From Planctomycetota bacterium (GTDB taxonomy: Bacteria; Planctomycetota; B15-G4; JADJEK01), in NCBI GenBank assembly GCA_044225365.1, contig JBGAIQ010000007.1:102329-166328 (forward strand): a DNA stretch of 64,000 bases, in the 5' to 3' direction. Made by a program: the position numbers and the translations under genes. Within the stretch, counting starts at the first letter, position 1. The number at the start of each line of letters is the position of its first letter. The notes under the pieces were generated by a model. The model was not told the origin of the DNA. It did no database searches and worked only from the letters and a program-made list of their open reading frames with translations. Below, piece by piece: positions 57,779 through 64,000 of the stretch.

Positions 57779-58546
57779 TCATCCGCCGAAGAAGAGGACT
57801 CCACGCAGATCGTAGAGGATGTCGTAGAAGGCGTGCACGTACACCACGACGCCGAGTCCTCGTGCAACGAACACGAGTCCGAGGATGATACCTGCGACGA
57901 CCCGAAAACCGAGCACGCGCCAGTCGAAGGGCTCGCCGAACGGTCCGATGTGGTGGAAGAGCGCGAACGCGATCGCGGAGAAGCCCATCGCGACGATCAC
58001 CGAGAGCCAACTCGGCAGCTTCGCGAGTTTCGTGAGCGCGACGAACACGCCGCCGAGTCCGATCCAACGGAAGAGCAACTCCTCGTAGATGCCGGCGCCG
58101 AGCGAGGCGAGCAGCGCCGGCGTCAGATGCTCGGGAGGGGCGGGAGCCTTTCCGATCACGGTAGCGCCGCGCGTGGCGATGATCATCGCAACCGGACCGA
58201 AGAGGATCGCGAGCAGGGCCGCTTCAGCGAGCAGGCCTGGGAACAACCGAAACACCGGGCTGCCGCGGCGCTTCGCGAGGTAGAACGCCAGCCCCGCAAG
58301 CGCCGCCAGGAAGTAGTGGCAATATCGCGCCGCCGGACCGAGGTACCACAGCAGGTCATGGACGCGAGCGCTGTACTGCCCGCGAGCACCAGGATCCAGG
58401 CGGACGAGCAGGAGTTCGTAGAAGATCCCGAGGAAGGCGATGTAGACGAGAGAGACGTCGACGCTTCGCGTCTCGCGGTAGTACAAGGCGAGGTCGGTCC
58501 GCAGGCCTTCACTCGATCCGGCGTATTTCCTGACTCGAGGTCTCAC
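57779..58546 (-). CDS. CPBP (Abi/CAAX protease) family intramembrane metalloprotease
   Basis: EELLFR, FALFH, HAFYD motifs; GTGA overlap with menG stop. Confidence 0.85.
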   Translation of the reverse strand: MRPRVRKYAGSSEGLRTDLALYYRETRSVDVSLVYIAFLGIFYELLLVRLDPGARGQYSARVHDLLWYLGPAARYCHYFLAALAGLAFYLAKRRGSPVFRLFPGLLAEAALLAILFGPVAMIIATRGATVIGKAPAPPEHLTPALLASLGAGIYEELLFRWIGLGGVFVALTKLAKLPSWLSVIVAMGFSAIAFALFHHIGPFGEPFDWRVLGFRVVAGIILGLVFVARGLGVVVYVHAFYDILYDLRGVLFFGG

Positions 58547-59265
58547 GACTTCTCGGCGATGTGCAGGGCGACCGTTCCTCCCGCGAGTCGCTCGAACGAC
58601 ACTCTCGCGAAACCGGCGACTCGCAATTCGTCCGCGAGTTCCTCGGGCGAGAGGAATGCAGCGACGGACTCCGGGAGATACGTGTAGGCACCACTGCTGC
58701 GAGAGACCCACGCCCCGAGCCGAGGCAGCACGTGCTTCGAGTACCAGCGATAGAGCGCTCCGAACAGCGTGTCGGGCGGTCGGGAGAATTCGAGGACGAC
58801 ATAGCGCCCGCCGCGACCGAGCACTCGATGCGCTTCATGGAAACCGCGGTGTCGATCCGCGAAATTCCGGACTCCGAATGCCACCGTCAGGACGTCGAAC
58901 GCCTCGTCGCGAAACGGCAGGTCGAGCGCGTCGACTTGGAGCGGCGTCGGGCTCGCGCCCTTCTCCCGCGCCCGCTCCAACATCGGACGGGAGAAGTCCG
59001 CGACGGCGACACGCGCCGAACGATCGCGTCGCTTCAGTGCGAGAGCGAGATCACCGGTGCCACAACAAAGATCGAGGACGCGGACCCCTTCCCGTCCGGC
59101 GAGCGCGCGCTTCGCCGCCTTGCGACGCCACAACCGATCCTGCTCGAGCGAAAGCACGTGGTTCAGGAGGTCGTATCGAGCCGCGATCGAGTCGAACATC
59201 GCGCGGACTTCGTCGCCCTTCGGGCGACCGGGAGTTGGAGCAGCGACTGGCGATTTCGGGTCCAT
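58543..59265 (-). CDS. ubiE: demethylmenaquinone methyltransferase UbiE/MenG
   Basis: MFDSIAARYDLLNHVLS, LDLCCGTGD, AFGVRN, YTYLPESV. Confidence 0.95.
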   Translation of the reverse strand: MDPKSPVAAPTPGRPKGDEVRAMFDSIAARYDLLNHVLSLEQDRLWRRKAAKRALAGREGVRVLDLCCGTGDLALALKRRDRSARVAVADFSRPMLERAREKGASPTPLQVDALDLPFRDEAFDVLTVAFGVRNFADRHRGFHEAHRVLGRGGRYVVLEFSRPPDTLFGALYRWYSKHVLPRLGAWVSRSSGAYTYLPESVAAFLSPEELADELRVAGFARVSFERLAGGTVALHIAEKS

Positions 59266-59403
59266 GCGACGCGTGAGCCTAACAGCCCCGATCGATTCCG
59301 CGTCGGCATTCGCGCCCGACCGATTCGAACAGAACTCCTCATCCGTGGCTCCCGCGCGCCTTCGTCGCTCGAAATCTCGGGTGCGACCGATACACTCTGC
59401 GTC

Positions 59404-60438
59404 GTGGACGAATCTCAGAAGCCATTTCGTTTTCGGGACGAGAATCGCGGTAGCGATGTCGATCGCACGCTGCGGCCAAAGCTGCTTTCCGAATTCGTGG
59501 GCCAAGGTCGCGTCTGCCGGAATCTGAAGGTGGGCATCGACGCTGCGAAGATGCGCGGCGAACCCCTCGAACACGTCCTCCTCTCGGGATTGCCCGGCCT
59601 CGGCAAGACGAGCCTCGCCAACATCGTCGCCTCCGAACTCGGAGTGGAGATCTTCGTCAGCTCGGGGCCCGCGCTCGAACGCACGGGAGAACTCGTCGGA
59701 CTCCTCACGAATCTGAAGCGAGGCGACGTGCTCTTCATCGATGAGATCCATCGCCTGCCCCGCGTGGTCGAGGAGTATCTCTACTCCGCGATGGAGGACT
59801 TCGCGATCGACATCGTCATCGATCAGGGACCGAGCGCGAGGAGCGTGCGGCTCTCGGTCGAACGCTTCACCTTGCTCGGCGCGACGACCCGCGAGGGTCT
59901 CCTCTCCGCGCCGTTTCGAGCGCGCTTCGGACTCGTCGAGAAGCTCGAACTCTATCCCGCGGTCGATCTCATCGCGATCCTGCGCCGTTCCGCCGCATTG
60001 TTGCGCATCACCTGCGACGAGGGCACGCTCGAACTCATCGCAGCGCGTTCGCGGGGCACCCCGCGCGTGGCGAATCGACTCTTGCGGCGCGTTCGCGATC
60101 TCGCCGATGTCGGCGGGTCGCCTTCGATCACGCACGCCATCGCGGAGCAGATGATGGCGAACCTCGGTATCGACGCCGCGGGGCTCGAGGAGACCGATCG
60201 AAAGATCCTGCGGGTCCTCGATCGATCGGGGAGCATTCCGGTGGGAGTGAAGACGATCGCAGCCGCGGTCGGTGAAGAGGAGGATACGATCGAGACGGTG
60301 TACGAGCCTTATCTCCTGTCGATCGGCTTCCTCACCCGTACGCCGCGGGGGCGCATGCTCACCGATCACGGGCGAAAACACCTTGGCCTGCCTCCGCTCC
60401 TCGGCTCCGGCCAAGGGCAGCAGACGCTCTTCAGCTGA
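59404..60438 (+). CDS. ruvB: Holliday junction branch migration helicase
   Basis: LRPKLLSEFVGQ, GLPGLGKT, LFIDEIHR, RARFG, RGTPR, RTPRGR; GTG start. Confidence 0.97.
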   Translation: MDESQKPFRFRDENRGSDVDRTLRPKLLSEFVGQGRVCRNLKVGIDAAKMRGEPLEHVLLSGLPGLGKTSLANIVASELGVEIFVSSGPALERTGELVGLLTNLKRGDVLFIDEIHRLPRVVEEYLYSAMEDFAIDIVIDQGPSARSVRLSVERFTLLGATTREGLLSAPFRARFGLVEKLELYPAVDLIAILRRSAALLRITCDEGTLELIAARSRGTPRVANRLLRRVRDLADVGGSPSITHAIAEQMMANLGIDAAGLEETDRKILRVLDRSGSIPVGVKTIAAAVGEEEDTIETVYEPYLLSIGFLTRTPRGRMLTDHGRKHLGLPPLLGSGQGQQTLFS

Positions 60439-60441
60439 ACG

Positions 60442-61773
60442 ATGCCCCACGCCCCTCAACCGGACATGAAGACTCGTGCGCTCGTCCCGGCGCTCTCGCT
60501 CGGACTCACGACGCTGCTCTGCTGCGCCGAAACAGCGGTAGTGAAGCAAGCGCCTTCCGCGGAGTCGCGCGGAGTCCGCAAGACGCCGCCCGCCCCAGAG
60601 ATCCCGACCGAGAATGTCGCCCCACCACCCGCGGCCGAAGTCCCGATCGCGCCCCCGGTGAAACCCATCGATCTCGGGCCGCCCGCCGTTCGCGTGCGCC
60701 TCGATCAAGCGCGGAACGGCGCGCTCGAATTCGGTTTGAAGAGCGCGTACCGCATCTATGCCGGCGCGCTCGACGATCCCGATGCCGAGGGCCGCACTCC
60801 GATCGCTTCCGGAGCGAATCTACGCTCGGCCCTCGCCGACTCCTTCGGCTCGACGGTGCGCGTGAACGGATTCGACCTCAAGCAACGCGAGGTGACGATC
60901 CTTCCGGATGATCCGGAATCGCTGCGCGTCGGTAAGCGGCGCTACGCTGGAGGCCTGATCCTTCGTGGCAACGGCACGGAGATCACAGCGATCAACCTCG
61001 TCACCCTCGAGGACTACGTGCTCGGCGTGCTCTACGCCGAAATGCCGGAGCGTTTCGCCAACGAAGCCCTGCGAGCTCAGGCCGTCGTCTCGCGCAGCTT
61101 CGCCCTCTACCACGCTCAGCAAGGTCACGAGCTGCGCGACGACCAGGGCAGCCAGGTCTACGTCGGTCTCGAGTTGTCCGACGACACCGCGCGGCGAATC
61201 GTCGAGTCGACGCTCGGAGAGGTCCTGACCTGGAATGGCGCCCCGTTCGAGGCCTACTTCCACTCGACCTGCGGTGGACGAACGGCCTCGGCGCGCTCGG
61301 TGTTCGGGATTCAAGCCCCCCCGCCCCTCTGCCAATCGGTGGTCTGCGATTCCTGCACGAGTTCGCCGCACTTCTCATGGACGCGCACCCTCCCCCGCAC
61401 CGACATCGATCGCTTCTACAAGGGCGCCTTCGGGTCGAATCTGCGAATCAACATCGCCGACCGCGACGAAGGCGGCCGTGCGCTCCACTTCGACATCATC
61501 GCGAACGACGGGAAGTCCGTCGACCGACCGGTCGCCGACCGCTTTCGCAACGATTTCAATTATGGCCGAGCGCTCTCCAAGCAGCTGCTCTCGGCCTGGC
61601 TCACCGACGTCCGAGTCGATAAGAAGAACGTGACCGTCTCCGGCCGCGGATTCGGACACGGCGTGGGCCTCTGTCAGTACGGGGCGGGCGGACTCGCGGC
61701 TCGCGGCCGCGACTACCGTTCGATCCTGAATCTCTACTTTCCTGGCGCCCAGATCACGCGGCTGTACGACTGA
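60442..61773 (+). CDS. SpoIID/LytB domain lytic transglycosylase
   Basis: LEDYVLGVLYAEM, EALRAQAVVSRS, QVY, FHSTCGG, GFGHGVGLCQYGA, YFPG; start may be 60466. Confidence 0.92.
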   Translation: MPHAPQPDMKTRALVPALSLGLTTLLCCAETAVVKQAPSAESRGVRKTPPAPEIPTENVAPPPAAEVPIAPPVKPIDLGPPAVRVRLDQARNGALEFGLKSAYRIYAGALDDPDAEGRTPIASGANLRSALADSFGSTVRVNGFDLKQREVTILPDDPESLRVGKRRYAGGLILRGNGTEITAINLVTLEDYVLGVLYAEMPERFANEALRAQAVVSRSFALYHAQQGHELRDDQGSQVYVGLELSDDTARRIVESTLGEVLTWNGAPFEAYFHSTCGGRTASARSVFGIQAPPPLCQSVVCDSCTSSPHFSWTRTLPRTDIDRFYKGAFGSNLRINIADRDEGGRALHFDIIANDGKSVDRPVADRFRNDFNYGRALSKQLLSAWLTDVRVDKKNVTVSGRGFGHGVGLCQYGAGGLAARGRDYRSILNLYFPGAQITRLYD

Positions 61774-61806
61774 TTCACGCGCGCCTGAAAGCCTCGCTGG
61801 TGCAAT

Positions 61807-61846
61807 GAGAAGGCCCACCGAACCCCAAGGTCCGGCGGGCCTTCTC
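61807..61846. terminator. hairpin between convergent genes
   Basis: GAGAAGGCCCACCGAACC/GGTCCGGCGGGCCTTCTC inverted repeat. Confidence 0.6.
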
Positions 61847-61863
61847 CGCTTCGAAGGAACTTC

Positions 61864-64000
61864 TTAGAGGTCGAAGAATCCGACGAGCTTGCCCGGCAGA
61901 GGTACGCCGTCGATCCGATTGAGGATCACGCCGCTGTTCTGCGGATCGACCACCTCGACGCGGTTGTCACCGGCGAACGAGATGTACATGCGGTCGGCCT
62001 GGACGACCGGGAACGGCGCAGGAGGCGCACCGATGAGACGGAGCGGGCTCTTGCTGTTCCACACGCCACCGCCGGCTTGCGGGAACGTCGCACCGACGTT
62101 GGTGCGGGTGATGCCGAACATCGTCGAGAGACCCTTGTTGAAGAAGTCCTTCGTGTTGACGTCGGCGAACGAGAGGTCGTACGGGATCAGGTCCTGACCG
62201 TTCAGGTTGAGCTGACCGAGCGGCTGGAGCGGACCGCCCCATGTACCGACGACTTCGAACGTGCGCTTGAACGTACCCGGCGTACCGAGCACCGAGTTCG
62301 GCGGCGGGAGCGGCTGGAGCGGACCCGTCGTCGGCTTCTGCTCGGTATTCGCGACGCGCGAGACCATCGGGAGGCCCGTGTCCGCATCGCGGTGAGCGAT
62401 GTAGACGCCACCCGGCATCGTTCCCTGGGAACCTGGGAACGTACCCATGTCGTAGAGCAGGCCGCGCATCTGCGGGAACTGCGAGATCGACGTGTCGGTG
62501 CTGGTGACGGCCCAACGGATGTCGTCGAGACCGACGTCCTGGCTACCCGACTCGTAGATCGTGAGCGTTCCGGTGCCCTGATTTCCGATGTACCCGAAGT
62601 AGATCAGGTTCAGGAATCCCGTCACGTAGTGGCGCGGATCGAGCAGGACGTCGAACGGCTTGTTGATCGAGCTGATCAACGTCTTGCGGATCGTGCTCGT
62701 CGTCGGATCATAGATCGACACCGAGTTACCCACGTAGTTACAGACGAAGACGTCTTCGTGCTCGGGCTGCGACGAGACCGCGAGCGGTCCACCCTCGACG
62801 TTGACGCGATTGATCTCCTTGTGGAACGACGGAGAGATCGGATCGGTGTCGACGATCGACAGCGAGTCGTCGCCGAAGTTCGCGACGTACATCTTGGTGA
62901 GGTCCGGTGCGAAGCCGATGGCTTCCGGGTCCGGAGTCTTGATGTCGTCGAGGATCGCGAAGTTGTTCGAGTTGAGGACGTGGATGACACCCTGATCGCG
63001 ATCCGTCACGTACAGGAAGTTACCGACCTGCTGGCGAGCGGAGAACGAGGTGCCGATCACGGTGAAGGTCTGCCACGCCGGACCGTTCTGAGCGAACGTG
63101 GGGAACGAGTCGCCCTGGAACGGATACTGCGTCTGCGGGACCAGCGCGATGCGTGCGAGCGGATCGGTGTTCGGCGCACAGCCGGCCCACGCCGACCACA
63201 CTTCGTCACCTTCCATCACGAACGCCGGCTTCAACAGCTTCTGCTGGTTGTAGACGATGTCGACCGGCGGGAGACCGACCGGCAAGCGCAGCGGAGGCGG
63301 GTTCGGAACCGGCGGGTCCGCGATCGAGTTACCGAGCAACGCCGGGCTACCACCGAGGCGCGCGATCGTCTCGAGTGAGACGTGCAGACCCGTGAAGTAG
63401 GCGCTCGCATTGTTGGTGTCGTAGTAGAGCTTGTCGAGGAAGTCGCCCACCGCGATATCACCGACCGAGCCGACGAGCGGCGTACCGGTCAAGCGGGTGC
63501 TTCCGTCCGAGGTGCGGGCGATCGTCTCGAAGCCGGCGGGATAGATCCCGTTCGGATTCGAGGTACCACCGACTCCCACGTTCGCCGTCGAGCCCGTCGA
63601 ACCTTCGTTGACACCGGGGACCGGCGTCGGACCGCCGAGCGTGCCCACCGGGTTGCCGGCGAGACCGATCGGAGCGACACCGGAGGGGTCGCCGAACGTG
63701 TTCGGGTTACAGCCATAGGACGTCGGACCCGGAATCGTGATCCCGAACGAACACGCGCACATCTGCTGGTTGTTCGTCATCACGAGGATGCGGGTCGTGG
63801 CCGGACTGTTCGTCTCGTAGCCGTTGCCGTCGAGGTTGATGAGGCCGATGCCGGTACCCGCGACAGGCGCGTAGTAGAGGACGCCCGGCGACACCGGGAC
63901 GTTGACGAACGCGCGGCCCTTATCCGTATGGAAGGCCTTCGAGGCATTCGCCGACGCATCCGCGAACTGATTGTTGTAGAGCGACGTCACCGCCGAACTC
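61864..64000 (-). CDS. large secreted/surface protein with YVTN-like beta-propeller (5' end outside window)
   Basis: Frame open to window edge; LYVTD, PDPEAIGFAPD, MYVANFGDDSLS, VFVCNYVGNSVSI blades; G/T/P/N-rich. Confidence 0.8.
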   Translation of the reverse strand, partial: SSAVTSLYNNQFADASANASKAFHTDKGRAFVNVPVSPGVLYYAPVAGTGIGLINLDGNGYETNSPATTRILVMTNNQQMCACSFGITIPGPTSYGCNPNTFGDPSGVAPIGLAGNPVGTLGGPTPVPGVNEGSTGSTANVGVGGTSNPNGIYPAGFETIARTSDGSTRLTGTPLVGSVGDIAVGDFLDKLYYDTNNASAYFTGLHVSLETIARLGGSPALLGNSIADPPVPNPPPLRLPVGLPPVDIVYNQQKLLKPAFVMEGDEVWSAWAGCAPNTDPLARIALVPQTQYPFQGDSFPTFAQNGPAWQTFTVIGTSFSARQQVGNFLYVTDRDQGVIHVLNSNNFAILDDIKTPDPEAIGFAPDLTKMYVANFGDDSLSIVDTDPISPSFHKEINRVNVEGGPLAVSSQPEHEDVFVCNYVGNSVSIYDPTTSTIRKTLISSINKPFDVLLDPRHYVTGFLNLIYFGYIGNQGTGTLTIYESGSQDVGLDDIRWAVTSTDTSISQFPQMRGLLYDMGTFPGSQGTMPGGVYIAHRDADTGLPMVSRVANTEQKPTTGPLQPLPPPNSVLGTPGTFKRTFEVVGTWGGPLQPLGQLNLNGQDLIPYDLSFADVNTKDFFNKGLSTMFGITRTNVGATFPQAGGGVWNSKSPLRLIGAPPAPFPVVQADRMYISFAGDNRVEVVDPQNSGVILNRIDGVPLPGKLVGFFDL

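Overview
High-GC bacterial chromosomal segment made mostly of housekeeping genes. The FG-GAP, HEAT-vWA, sulfatase-TPR and TMTC-like secreted or membrane proteins suggest an uncultured Planctomycetota lineage (inference). Content in order: rpmF-plsX-fabH-fabD-fabG-acpP-fabF, alaS, recA, a DUF366/flippase/PfkB operon, smpB with tmRNA, tRNA-Leu(CAG), a cell-envelope block (FG-GAP, TMTC-like, DegT, two SGNH, HEAT-vWA, sulfatase-TPR) containing tRNA-Pro(CGG), selB, polA, a degenerate dihydroorotase-like gene, a GAF-PP2C and STAS-PilZ-like pair, comF, gatCAB, guaBA, an O-antigen-ligase-TPR gene, a menG-CPBP-ubiX-ubiA/mqnP-holA-mutL operon, ruvB, a SpoIID gene and a large surface protein cut by the window edge. 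I see no integrase, transposase, prophage or CRISPR array. Most interesting leads: (1) a secreted-protein gene with intact promoter and SD, split by an in-frame TAG followed by a stem-loop, about 1.2 kb from selB; (2) a perfect 9-bp direct repeat in the recA promoter (candidate lineage-specific SOS box); (3) a structured ~220-nt candidate ncRNA upstream of guaB; (4) a STAS-PilZ-like fusion divergent from a GAF-PP2C phosphatase and a catalytically dead dihydroorotase homolog; (5) REP/REPIN-like doublets; (6) an unannotated tandem paralog pair of membrane proteins. All calls come from reading the sequence; no database searches were run.
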